Below, in pieces: positions 46,934-54,673 of a stretch of DNA of 64,000 nucleotides (position 1 is its first letter; each line of letters begins with the position of its first letter). The DNA is from a virus (Duplodnaviria; Heunggongvirae; Uroviricota; Caudoviricetes): IMG/VR virus record IMGVR_UViG_3300028585_000514, one strand, 5' to 3'. The translations under genes were made by a program, and so were the position numbers. Under the pieces are notes generated by a model. It worked only from the letters and a program-made list of their open reading frames with translations. It was not told where the DNA came from and did not search any database.

Positions 46934-47326
46934 ATGGCAGGTAATCGTCAAAGCAGCAACGCAGGCAATTCGTCGGGTAGCGGCACCATCCAGGTGGAAG
47001 TCGAAGTAGCACGTCGTCTGAATGTCGAAGGCGTCATCTACGAAGAAACCATGGATCAGGGTGAACAGGTCATCAAGATTTCCGGCAACGGGATCAAGGA
47101 ACGTGTCATGTCCGAAGACGAAGTCAGTGCAATCTCCCGCTTCTTCGTCGGCCATCAGCGCCGCTCGGCCCGTGGTGGTCAAGGCGTCATGGACGGGCGT
47201 GGTCAAGTGCAAGACTCGGCTCACGATGCTCGTCTCAAGGGCAATGAAGATCAACGTCCTTCCGATCCAGATCGTTCGAAGCAAGCTGGTCGTGCTTCTG
47301 CTACCGGGAATGCCAAGGCTTCGTAA
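46934..47326 (+). CDS. Hydrophilic hypothetical protein, antisense to the tRNA array
   Basis: GGAGG RBS; phage-typical codon usage. Confidence 0.75.
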   Translation: MAGNRQSSNAGNSSGSGTIQVEVEVARRLNVEGVIYEETMDQGEQVIKISGNGIKERVMSEDEVSAISRFFVGHQRRSARGGQGVMDGRGQVQDSAHDARLKGNEDQRPSDPDRSKQAGRASATGNAKAS

Positions 47327-47564
47327 GCCTGCTGTACTCCGCAATTCACGTTACAAGGGCTTGGGACATCATCGTGAGGTGGTGTCCCTTTTTTATTGCC
47401 ACTAGGAAATTGACCTTCGTCAATACATACTTCGCCTAAAGGGTTAGTATGAATCATCGGCACAGGAAAAGGAGGTGTTTATCGAGAACTGTGAAGCAGT
47501 TAGCAGTGTCCATCTACGTAGTTTTCGGCGAGTGGTCTTCGGAGATTCCACTCGCCACTTTTAT

Positions 47565-47640
47565 TGGTGCCGCATGTAGGATTCGAACCCACGACATCCG
47601 CGTTACAAAGGCGGCGCTCTTCCAGCTGAGCTAATACGGC
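47565..47640 (-). tRNA. tRNA-Thr (TGT)
   Basis: Cloverleaf, loop TTTGTAA. Confidence 0.9.
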
Positions 47641-47645
47641 ATACT

Positions 47646-47721
47646 TGGCGGCCCAGACGGGTTTCGAACCCGCTACCTTTTGATTGACAATCAAACGCTC
47701 TCCCGATTGAGCTACTGGACC
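47646..47721 (-). tRNA. tRNA-Asp (GTC)
   Basis: TTTGA-TTGTCAA-TCAAA; ends GCCA. Confidence 0.92.
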
Positions 47722-47725
47722 GTAA

Positions 47726-47801
47726 TGGTGTGTTCGGCAGGTTTCGAAACTGCGACGCAGGCTTTCATATCACCCCGCTCTACCATCTGAGCTACAAACA
47801 C
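47726..47801 (-). pseudogene. Degenerate tRNA, apparent anticodon ATG
   Basis: Good acceptor and D arms and CCA; mismatched anticodon and T stems; loop ATATGAA. Confidence 0.55.
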
Positions 47802-47803
47802 GT

Positions 47804-47877
47804 TGGCGACCTATGCGAGACTCGAACTCGCTTCATACGCTGGACAGGCGTAGGTAATACCCATATACGAATAAGCC
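47804..47877 (-). tRNA. tRNA-Asp (GTC), variant body
   Basis: TACGC-CTGTCCA-GCGTA; ends GCCA. Confidence 0.9.
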
Positions 47878-47879
47878 AT

Positions 47880-47956
47880 TGGTGCTGACAACTGGAATCG
47901 AACCAGTAACCTCTTCCATACCAGGGAAGTGCTCCGCCAGATTGAGCTATGTCAGC
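47880..47956 (-). tRNA. tRNA-Thr (GGT), near-identical to 46711-46786
   Basis: Same anticodon arm and T arm. Confidence 0.95.
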
Positions 47957-47958
47957 AT

Positions 47959-48034
47959 TGGTGCACACGACTGGAATCGAACCAGTGACGCCTACCTTTT
48001 CAGGGTAGCGCTCTACCGTCTGAGCTACGCGTGC
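47959..48034 (-). tRNA. tRNA-Phe (GAA)
   Basis: CTACC-CTGAAAA-GGTAG. Confidence 0.95.
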
Positions 48035-48041
48035 ATATTGT

Positions 48042-48118
48042 TGGTGGAGCCTGTGGGAATCGAACCCACCAATGCTTGGTTAAAAGCCAAGTGCCTAATG
48101 CCGATCGGCCTAAGCTCC
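48042..48118 (-). tRNA. tRNA-Lys (TTT)
   Basis: CTTGG-CTTTTAA-CCAAG; atypical D arm. Confidence 0.9.
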
Positions 48119-48150
48119 GTTTCATGCCTTACGGCAATCTGATCAAAGAT

Positions 48151-48225
48151 CGGTGGGGTGGCAGGGAATCGAACCCTGTTCTTTCGGTTAAGAGCCGAGT
48201 GCTTCGCCATAAAAGCTTACACCCC
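48151..48225 (-). tRNA. tRNA-Lys (CTT), ends ACCG
   Basis: CTCGG-CTCTTAA-CCGAA. Confidence 0.85.
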
Positions 48226-48297
48226 ATAAATTGTTTTACAACTTCAAGAAAACTTGATATTATGCTTCTATCGACAACGCACTTGGAACTACATATC

Positions 48298-48576
48298 ATG
48301 ACCCTCGGCAAATTGAAGAAAGACGATTTTCCTGACATCGACTATGCACGTTCGTTGGATGTCAAGATCAAAGGTCGTTGGGTAACGATCTATAACTTCA
48401 TCCTCCGTAACTGGACCGTTAAAGGTCGCGAGAAGATTGCGCTGCGCGATTGGCCAGAGTTTGCGATGGTCACTGCTGAATATCCAGCAGATTCGCAGTT
48501 CCGTATCACGTCGACTTTGAGTATCATCCCATTCGATGACATGATCACGAAGATGCGTCTCGAAGGTAAGCTGTAA
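48298..48576 (+). CDS. Hypothetical early protein inserted antisense in the tRNA array
   Basis: TTTACA(48235)-N17-TATTAT promoter plus an ATCGACAAC leader; ORF. Confidence 0.75.
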   Translation: MTLGKLKKDDFPDIDYARSLDVKIKGRWVTIYNFILRNWTVKGREKIALRDWPEFAMVTAEYPADSQFRITSTLSIIPFDDMITKMRLEGKL

Positions 48577-48579
48577 GTT

Positions 48580-48655
48580 TGGTTGGCAGTGAGGGAATCG
48601 AACCCTCGACCTAACGATTATCGGTCGTTTGCTCTACCAGCTGAGCTAACTGCCA
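48580..48655 (-). tRNA. tRNA-Ile (GAT)
   Basis: AACGA-CCGATAA-TCGTT. Confidence 0.92.
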
Positions 48656-48704
48656 AGTGTCCGGTTACTAGCTCCGGCGTCCGCTATTATCACTGCGGCA
48701 GATT

Positions 48705-48781
48705 TGGTAGTCGGTTCGGGATTCGAACCCGATATCTCACGCTTATCAAGCGTACGCTTATGCCACTTAAGCTTCCCGACT
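48705..48781 (-). tRNA. tRNA-Ile (GAT), variant body
   Basis: TACGC-TTGATAA-GCGTG. Confidence 0.9.
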
Positions 48782-48794
48782 ATCTTGTTGTTGC

Positions 48795-48871
48795 TGGTCG
48801 GAGATGTAGGATTCGAACCTACGACCTCTTGGTCCCAAACCAAGCGCACTACCAGGCTGTGCTAATCTCCG
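48795..48871 (-). tRNA. tRNA-Pro (TGG)
   Basis: CGGAGAT start; CTTGG-TTTGGGA-CCAAG. Confidence 0.95.
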
Positions 48872-48952
48872 ATGGCGGTATGATGACAAATTGCTATCTG
48901 TCTAGAACATCATAGCAAACTGCGTTATCTAGAAATCACATTCAAACATACC

Positions 48953-49027
48953 TGGTACACGATGTTGGGATCGAACCAACGACCTCTTCCGAGTCATGGA
49001 AGCCTTCTACCGCTGAAATAATCGTGC
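48953..49027 (-). tRNA. tRNA-Val (GAC)
   Basis: CTTCC-ATGACTC-GGAAG. Confidence 0.85.
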
Positions 49028-49037
49028 ATTGAATTTC

Positions 49038-49116
49038 TGGTCAGTGGTGGAGGATTCGAACCTCCGATTTCTCGGGTCCAGACCGAGTGACTTAAACCTG
49101 ACTAGCCTAACCACTG
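49038..49116 (-). tRNA. tRNA-Pro (TGG), variant body with C33
   Basis: CTCGG-TCTGGAC-CCGAG; C1-G72, A73. Confidence 0.75.
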
Positions 49117-49146
49117 ATGTTGGGAGTATTTACGCTCCCATTTTTC

Positions 49147-49368
49147 TTACTCCGCTTTCGCAGTTTCAAGCATGGACATGTGTTTGCGAATCCATCTCAT
49201 GAAGAACATTCCTTTGTCTTCTGCTTTGAACTCTGCACCTTCGGTATCAACCATCGGTACTGGGAATTCGAAGCCGTCTTCGCAAACGTAAATCAATTCT
49301 TTTTTCTTGTCGGTGTTACTGAACCGGACAAACCGAACTACTCCGGAAACACGTTGCTTTAGCGTCAT
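49147..49368 (-). CDS. Hypothetical protein inside the tRNA array
   Basis: ORF ending ...KGMFFMRWIRKH... Confidence 0.75.
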   Translation of the reverse strand: MTLKQRVSGVVRFVRFSNTDKKKELIYVCEDGFEFPVPMVDTEGAEFKAEDKGMFFMRWIRKHMSMLETAKAE

Positions 49369-49385
49369 GATCAAATCTTTCTATA

Positions 49386-49463
49386 TGGCTCCGGTACGTG
49401 GGATCGAACCACGCTCTATGCTGATTAACAGTCAGCCGCTTACACCCTGCTTGCTCTACCGGA
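49386..49463 (-). tRNA. tRNA-Asn (GTT), variant body
   Basis: GCTGA-CTGTTAA-TCAGC; ends GCCA. Confidence 0.9.
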
Positions 49464-49480
49464 ATTGTTGTTTGTACTGC

Positions 49481-49556
49481 TGGTGCCTAGTGCTGGACTC
49501 GAACCAGCATAATTCATCTTGTAAGGATGACGGTTAACCTCTCACTCCAACCAGGC
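49481..49556 (-). tRNA. tRNA-Val (TAC)
   Basis: TCATC-CTTACAA-GATGA. Confidence 0.88.
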
Positions 49557-49574
49557 ATTTCGTTTTACTACGTT

Positions 49575-49650
49575 TGGCTCCCCAGGCTGGCTTCGAACCA
49601 ACGACCACTTGATTAACAGTCAAGCGCTCTACCAACTGAGCTACTGGAGA
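49575..49650 (-). tRNA. tRNA-Asn (GTT)
   Basis: CTTGA-CTGTTAA-TCAAG. Confidence 0.95.
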
Positions 49651-49656
49651 ATTGTT

Positions 49657-49732
49657 TGGGGTGAAAGAAGGGGTTCGAACCCTCACTGAAAGATTCACAG
49701 TCTTCCGTGCTAACCATTACACTACTAACACC
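49657..49732 (-). tRNA. tRNA-His (GTG)
   Basis: G-1 and C73; GAAGA-CTGTGAA-TCTTT; T.T mismatches in the acceptor. Confidence 0.8.
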
Positions 49733-49741
49733 ATCGAAATT

Positions 49742-49819
49742 CGGTCGGTGATCTTGGACTCGAACCAAGTTCTTACGCTCTTCAGGCGTACGCTGAATGA
49801 CCCCACTAGCTCATCACCG
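49742..49819 (-). tRNA. tRNA-Phe (GAA), variant body, ends ACCG
   Basis: TACGC-CTGAAGA-GCGTA. Confidence 0.82.
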
Positions 49820-49903
49820 ATTTGGTGCCAAACAAACATCAAATTCCCCTGTGGATGTTATGTCAAAGATCAGCACGCAGTTTTCCTGATCAAATCTGGC
49901 GGG

Positions 49904-49975
49904 ACCCACCACCTGGAATCGAACCAGGTCCTCTTCGTTCGTAGCGAAGTGTATTATCCAGTTTACTATGGTGAG
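49904..49975 (-). tRNA. tRNA-Arg (ACG), no encoded CCA
   Basis: CTTCG-CTACGAA-CGAAG. Confidence 0.88.
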
Positions 49976-50030
49976 TTAGTTGGCATCCTTGCAGATAACC
50001 TGGAGCATTTAACGTCCCAATGCTCTAACG

Positions 50031-50104
50031 TGGTGGACCGCCGGGGGATCGAACCCCGATCTTCGACGTGCAAGGCCAGTGTAATCCCATTATACTAGCA
50101 GCCC
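50031..50104 (-). tRNA. tRNA-Ala (TGC)
   Basis: G3.U70; loop CTTGCAC. Confidence 0.88.
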
Positions 50105-50107
50105 ATA

Positions 50108-50371
50108 TTACTTCTTGAAGATTGAATCTAACCACCAATGTGGAAACAAACCTTCTTCATACAATTCGTGCTTACGCAGAATGCCTGACTCGATATCCTC
50201 TTTCCACATTTTGACGTGGACATTCAGATATGTCTTGCCAACGCTGAAACCATTCTTTGGATTAACACGTCCTCCGTAAGATTCGGAGTTAAACAGCTCG
50301 ACGCAAGCATCGTCGCTGAAGTCTAGAACATGTTCCCAATGTCGTGCAAAGATTCGATATACTTCACACAT
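50108..50371 (-). CDS. Hypothetical protein (start uncertain)
   Basis: ORF between tRNAs; the N-terminal extension in the ORF track overlaps tRNAs and was dropped. Confidence 0.65.
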   Translation of the reverse strand: MCEVYRIFARHWEHVLDFSDDACVELFNSESYGGRVNPKNGFSVGKTYLNVHVKMWKEDIESGILRKHELYEEGLFPHWWLDSIFKK

Positions 50372-50463
50372 ACGTTTGAATTTGTTGCTAACACCATTGA
50401 TGGTTAGCTTAGGTTTACCTTGGTTGCGTTTAGCGATGTCATAGCATCCTCCATTTGTAAGTT

Positions 50464-50539
50464 TGGTGGTGACAGCGAGAATCGAACTCGCGACGACTAC
50501 GTTATGAGTGTAGCGTTCTACCAACTGAACTACGTCACC
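50464..50539 (-). tRNA. tRNA-Met (CAT), elongator type
   Basis: CTACA-CTCATAA-CGTAG. Confidence 0.9.
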
Positions 50540-50547
50540 ATATGATT

Positions 50548-50622
50548 TGGCAGGGGTACACGGATTCGAACCGTGGCAACTAGAGTCAAAGTCTAGTGCT
50601 CTACCAATTAAGCTATACCCCA
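50548..50622 (-). tRNA. tRNA-Gln (TTG)
   Basis: CTAGA-CTTTGAC-TCTAG; G73. Confidence 0.93.
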
Positions 50623-50633
50623 ACAGTTATTTC

Positions 50634-50723
50634 TGGCAGAAGTGGTAGGACTCGAACCTACAAGGACTATTTCGTCCGCCTGGGTCAAAACCAGGTGCGT
50701 CTAGCCAATTTCGCCACACTCCT
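50634..50723 (-). tRNA. Class II (long variable arm) tRNA with a TTG (Gln) anticodon
   Basis: CCTGG-TTTTGAC-CCAGG; GGAC-GAAATA-GTCC variable arm; Leu-like D arm; G3.U70; G73. Confidence 0.85.
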
Positions 50724-50741
50724 ATAATTCTTTTGGACAAC

Positions 50742-50770
50742 AAAAAAGGCGAACCTTTTGGATTCGCCTT
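50742..50770 (-). terminator. Intrinsic terminator (attenuator) directly upstream of the tRNA array
   Basis: AAGGCGAA...TTCGCC followed by U6 on the minus strand. Confidence 0.85.
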
Positions 50771-50800
50771 ATCGGATACTACTTAGATTTTTCTGTGATC

Positions 50801-50953
50801 TTAAATCTTCAGAATAATCCCCGATAAGGCTTGTGAGCGGTCATCATGCTTCGGTGCATTCATATTAAACGCAGGTGCAAACGCGACGACAACTGTGCGG
50901 GTTGCACGTTGAGCCGGTTTAGCTTGGCGGTTAATAATGGTTGCGAAGGTCAT
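50801..50953 (-). CDS. Putative 50-aa leader peptide (MTFATIINRQAKPAQR...HDDRSQALSGIILKI)
   Basis: Open frame ATG to TAA; codons 42-45 form the antiterminator strand; late box at 50993-51000. Confidence 0.65.
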   Translation of the reverse strand: MTFATIINRQAKPAQRATRTVVVAFAPAFNMNAPKHDDRSQALSGIILKI

Positions 50954-51196
50954 GATAGTAAGATTGCTCTCAAGTAATGGTGTTGTTAATTCTATTTATA
51001 GTAAGTCGAAGAATTTCTACGACGAACTCGTTGTTGTGTTATGCGACTCAATGAAAGCATTATAAATGTTTAATGCGTTTTCAGGAGAATTGAACACGTA
51101 ATAATCTGTATCAATTGTGCGTATGTTTCGTTGCCGCACCGTCGATAGTTTTATTTATAGCGCCTAAATGTCATCAGACCTTAGGCGTTACAACTT

Positions 51197-51604
51197 TTAC
51201 ACATCGACCTTTTCAAGGTCATCTTCGATACTTTGCAGTTCGATTTCGATCGCCTTGGTGCTGATAATAATTTCCTGAAAGGCAAGCACCAGGGACGCGC
51301 CTAGGAACACGAGACTCGTTCCGAATGCTCTCACCACATGGATGGGAAGGAAGTCCAGGAGGATCATCAGGATGGCCAGGGTACATATTAGGAACGATAC
51401 CACTCCAGTCGCCTGCATCCATTTGATCAGGGTGAGACGTTGTCTGAAGTTCGCCAACTGTTGCAGTACCTGCTCGGTTGACGTTTTTGCGTACTTCTCG
51501 TGAAGCGTACGGATACGCTGAGAGATGACCATGAAGCGATTTGTGTATGCAACCAGCAACATCGAAATGGCTGGGAATACGATAGCGGGCGTTTGAATTT
51601 CCAT
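51197..51604 (-). CDS. DUF2721-like membrane protein
   Basis: TPA..FPAISMLL.AYTNRF..I..RIR.L; three TM segments. Confidence 0.8.
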   Translation of the reverse strand: MEIQTPAIVFPAISMLLVAYTNRFMVISQRIRTLHEKYAKTSTEQVLQQLANFRQRLTLIKWMQATGVVSFLICTLAILMILLDFLPIHVVRAFGTSLVFLGASLVLAFQEIIISTKAIEIELQSIEDDLEKVDV

Positions 51605-51895
51605 AAGAGAAATTATACAATGAGCATCCAAACGCCTGCTGATTTCAACAACGATTATTTGATCTTTGCTTCGCGGTAGAGAACATGCTTACGTGCAACC
51701 GGATCAAACTTCATGAGTTCGAGTTTCTCTGGATGATTGCGTTGATTCTTTGTGGTAGTGTAGAAGTGCCCAGTGTCCGCAGTGGAGACCAGACGAATTT
51801 TGATAACGCCGTTTTTCTTTGCCATGATATTTCCTTAGAATGCCCGAAAGGGCGTGATGACTTATTTATCATCACGCCCTTTCGAGTAGATCGGC

Positions 51896-52330
51896 TTAGT
51901 TGCCTGGCATCACCGTGAAGCCGCTCTTGATCAGGCGCGGTTCATGATGTGGGTACAGCGCGATTTCACGACGCTTCGCTTCCGAACGACGGTTATACAG
52001 GTTCCGAGCCTTGACTGCGATCTCGGTCTCGTCCTTGGTGCCAGTACGAATCGTGAATTCGTAGGACACTTTCAGTACGTCGTCTTGATGGGACACGACT
52101 TCGAACTTCATGGCTTCGATCGCCTTGATGCTCGGGTCTTGACCAACCGTCGCGTTGTGATTCAACAGAATCATTTCGTACAGTTCTGGGAAGGCGACGG
52201 ATGGGTGACGAGCACCGACTGTCGAGGTCACTGCTGCAGCAATCAGGCGAAGACCCGAAGCTTGGAACTCGATGTCTTGCCATTTGCCACCGTCGAAACG
52301 GAATTGGAAAAGATTCTTTGCGATAGTCAT
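51896..52330 (-). CDS. Hypothetical protein
   Basis: 144-aa ORF. Confidence 0.8.
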   Translation of the reverse strand: MTIAKNLFQFRFDGGKWQDIEFQASGLRLIAAAVTSTVGARHPSVAFPELYEMILLNHNATVGQDPSIKAIEAMKFEVVSHQDDVLKVSYEFTIRTGTKDETEIAVKARNLYNRRSEAKRREIALYPHHEPRLIKSGFTVMPGN

Positions 52331-52348
52331 GATATTAGATTTGTGTGG

Positions 52349-52738
52349 TTAAGCGACGTTCTTGTCCAGAACGATGGTTGCTACTTGTTCGGGTTTGTGG
52401 TCGGCCGGGTAGGGAACTTCGCCGACTGGGTCCCACGAATGAGTTCGGGTGTTGTAGCTGAACACACCGACACTGTTTGGTTCTTCTAGGAAGTGCAGTT
52501 GGTTTTCCACGCCGTTGGCAGGAAACGCTGGTCCGGAAGTTACGACTTGAGGATAGGAGCGTTCTTCCGCATAGTCGTCTTCGACATCATCGTCTTCATC
52601 TTCATCTTTATCGTCGAAGCCACCTTCCGATGCGACATGGAGGATTGCTAGCGACAAGAAGAATGCGAGGAACATGGCATCGGTTTGTGCGCCGATAATC
52701 CATACTGCAACAATAGTTGCAAAGGTAAAAAAGTTCAT
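52349..52738 (-). CDS. Membrane protein with an acidic tract
   Basis: Two TM segments followed by a D/E-rich stretch. Confidence 0.75.
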   Translation of the reverse strand: MNFFTFATIVAVWIIGAQTDAMFLAFFLSLAILHVASEGGFDDKDEDEDDDVEDDYAEERSYPQVVTSGPAFPANGVENQLHFLEEPNSVGVFSYNTRTHSWDPVGEVPYPADHKPEQVATIVLDKNVA

Positions 52739-52783
52739 TAGAGTTGTCCTATTATTTTTGTGTTACGGTGTGGAAAAATTATA

Positions 52784-53143
52784 TCATACGGCTAAAGCCG
52801 CAACCACATTATTGGTGTTGTAGAACCTGGAAGATTGTTTCGCACGGAACTTATTCATCCACTGTTGTTCTTTTTTCTTCAACTCATTTTCGTCTTCGAC
52901 GTATTCTAAAATAACCCTTTTGAATTGAGTGATTCCATAATATTCGAATACTTTCTTAAAACGCTTTCCAGAACCACGATAGTCATCATGAATAATGCCT
53001 TTGTGACTTCCGACATAAAACATATCTTCTGGGATACACTTCCAAAGATAGATGAAGCCAGAGTACTTTTCAGGTTTTGGTTGGTGAAGGGTTTCGAAGT
53101 TTTCAAGGAGAGGATTTTGATGGGTATGAATGATGCGTTGCAT
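52784..53143 (-). CDS. GIY-YIG (Seg-like) nuclease domain, short
   Basis: GFIY...FYVGSH...Y.GSG...F.R.ILE...E; CATAAATA box at 53168-53175 (-). Confidence 0.75.
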   Translation of the reverse strand: MQRIIHTHQNPLLENFETLHQPKPEKYSGFIYLWKCIPEDMFYVGSHKGIIHDDYRGSGKRFKKVFEYYGITQFKRVILEYVEDENELKKKEQQWMNKFRAKQSSRFYNTNNVVAALAV

Positions 53144-53183
53144 AACGAGCCAATGTTTGTTGACTCGTATTTATGGCGGCCAT

Positions 53184-53810
53184 TTAGAGCGTATTAGCGT
53201 TAGAGAGGAGGGCGTGCAATGTTTCTGGGCCGGTCATGACATTGAGTACCAAAAGGATCGATCCATCTGTGTACGAGAACACCGAATGTTCCTTGCTGGT
53301 GTTGATGAAGTATGGTCGACCTTCTTCCAAATGAAGAAGCTTACCATCCTGAATCCAGACGGCATGATTGTATTGCCATCGTATTGGCACCAGGATACGT
53401 ACAGTTCGCGGCGGGAGCGCGATGCCATTATCTCTATGAGGAGGGAAGAAGCCGCCCTTGTCGAGTCTCAGGAAGTGTGAGCGACCCAAGTGCCGACCCC
53501 ATATGTCAAGAAATGGTCCTAAGCCAAGTTCATCGACAATTGGCGTGCGAGTCTTGAAGACGCTTTCACCATACGTGGCGCCGTTGATCTTGTTGTATTC
53601 ACGAAGGCTGTCCAAGTCCGGAACACCAGAGTATCCGCCATCAAGCGAGGTGACCGAAAGGCCATATCGATTAATGTTCTTGCGTGGATTGTATTGCTTC
53701 CAATGAGGACTTGTATCGAGCACATTTGTCATGTGCTGAAGATTGAAGTTTGGATCGTTGAGGCGAATGACATCGCCGAAGTTTGTAATGAGGTCTGTTA
53801 ATGTGGCCAT
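53184..53810 (-). CDS. 2OG-Fe(II) oxygenase (Asp/Asn beta-hydroxylase-like)
   Basis: L.L..GG..PPHRD, R..VPI, EG..Y..NT...HSV. Confidence 0.8.
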   Translation of the reverse strand: MATLTDLITNFGDVIRLNDPNFNLQHMTNVLDTSPHWKQYNPRKNINRYGLSVTSLDGGYSGVPDLDSLREYNKINGATYGESVFKTRTPIVDELGLGPFLDIWGRHLGRSHFLRLDKGGFFPPHRDNGIALPPRTVRILVPIRWQYNHAVWIQDGKLLHLEEGRPYFINTSKEHSVFSYTDGSILLVLNVMTGPETLHALLSNANTL

Positions 53811-54089
53811 AGATGCGGGAACGGACAGCCATGGCTGTCCGTTTAGAAGGCTGTGTTACTCGAGGTAGACTCGCACTAGCCGAATAGTGAAGTGGCAGTA
53901 CTTCCCTAACCCTTCGACATCGGTTGGTCCCTAGTCGATCGTATACGTTGGTCATGACCTACGGAAGTATCTGAGTCATGACGGGCTATTTGCTACCACT
54001 AAACGTCATACCTTGAATCTGATTCACCACTCATGAGACGCCGGCTGTAATCTTTGTGCATGGTGGTGGAAATAAGGTACTTCGAATTC

Positions 54090-54356
54090 TTACCAAACTA
54101 TGAGGTTGCCACGAACCATATAGTTCAGAATGTTGCGGATGTAATTTTCGTTGATGTCTGGATAAGCAGCAATGACATCCTTCATTGTCTTACCTTCTTT
54201 CTGGTACATCGTCCGCATCTTGATGATCATCTCATCCGGATACTTGATTACACCAGTACGCTTACGTTCTTTCTTCTCTGGCCTCGGTTCAGCTGGACCA
54301 GAGAATAGCGACTTCGGAAGTCGGGGCATGATATAGCCCTTACGCATCTGCGGCAT
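54090..54356 (-). CDS. Small basic HTH-like protein
   Basis: KTMKDVIAAYPDINENYIRNIL helix-turn-helix pattern. Confidence 0.65.
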   Translation of the reverse strand: MPQMRKGYIMPRLPKSLFSGPAEPRPEKKERKRTGVIKYPDEMIIKMRTMYQKEGKTMKDVIAAYPDINENYIRNILNYMVRGNLIVW

Positions 54357-54547
54357 ATTATTTTTGTGTTTGAGATTTTAGGACCCATCGTATGGTGTGC
54401 CTGACTATGTGGTTGCGAGCCACACGCACCGTCTTGACAACTAGCCCGCCTCTACGTAAGTTACTTGCAATACGCCTACGGCAAGTGTTTCTCGAAGAGG
54501 GTTGCTATCACCAGCCTAGTGCTACCTCGGCCTGATGGGTATAACTT

Positions 54548-54673
54548 TTACTTCGTGATGCGGAAGCCGGCGAACCAGAGGTCAATACGGAAGAACCAAT
54601 TGCCGTTGTTCTTACCAAAGCCAATCCGCAACATGCGGTTGTTCTCGTCTAACGGGAGTTTTTTGAAGGTCAT
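54548..54673 (-). CDS. Small hypothetical protein
   Basis: ATGA-coupled 41-aa ORF. Confidence 0.6.
   Translation of the reverse strand: MTFKKLPLDENNRMLRIGFGKNNGNWFFRIDLWFAGFRITK

Noticed and set aside
47022-47405. Second long overlapping plus-strand frame over the 46934-47326 gene
   Set aside because: No RBS, and codon usage fits the 46934 frame; probably a by-product of that bias.
48656-48704. Possible theta (HDV-like) or hammerhead ribozyme between the two Ile tRNAs
   Set aside because: Only two simple hairpins (CCGC/GCGG, CCGG/CCGG); no nested double pseudoknot and no CUGAUGA...GAAA core.
49820-50030. tRNA-like fragments in spacers (49820-49900 and 49980-50030)
   Set aside because: Only CCA-like ends or single hairpins; no T arm, so not callable even as pseudogenes.
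47500-50098. ORF-track calls overlapping the tRNA array (47500-47694, 47879-48142, 48583-48915, 49307-49537, 49652-50098)
   Set aside because: They are translations of tRNA genes and spacers.
50406-50444. 12-aa micro-ORF MTSLNATKVNLS behind a GGAGG, upstream of the 50108 ORF
   Set aside because: Single instance with no supporting structure or paralog; it could reflect a frameshifted start or a sequencing error, which cannot be resolved here.
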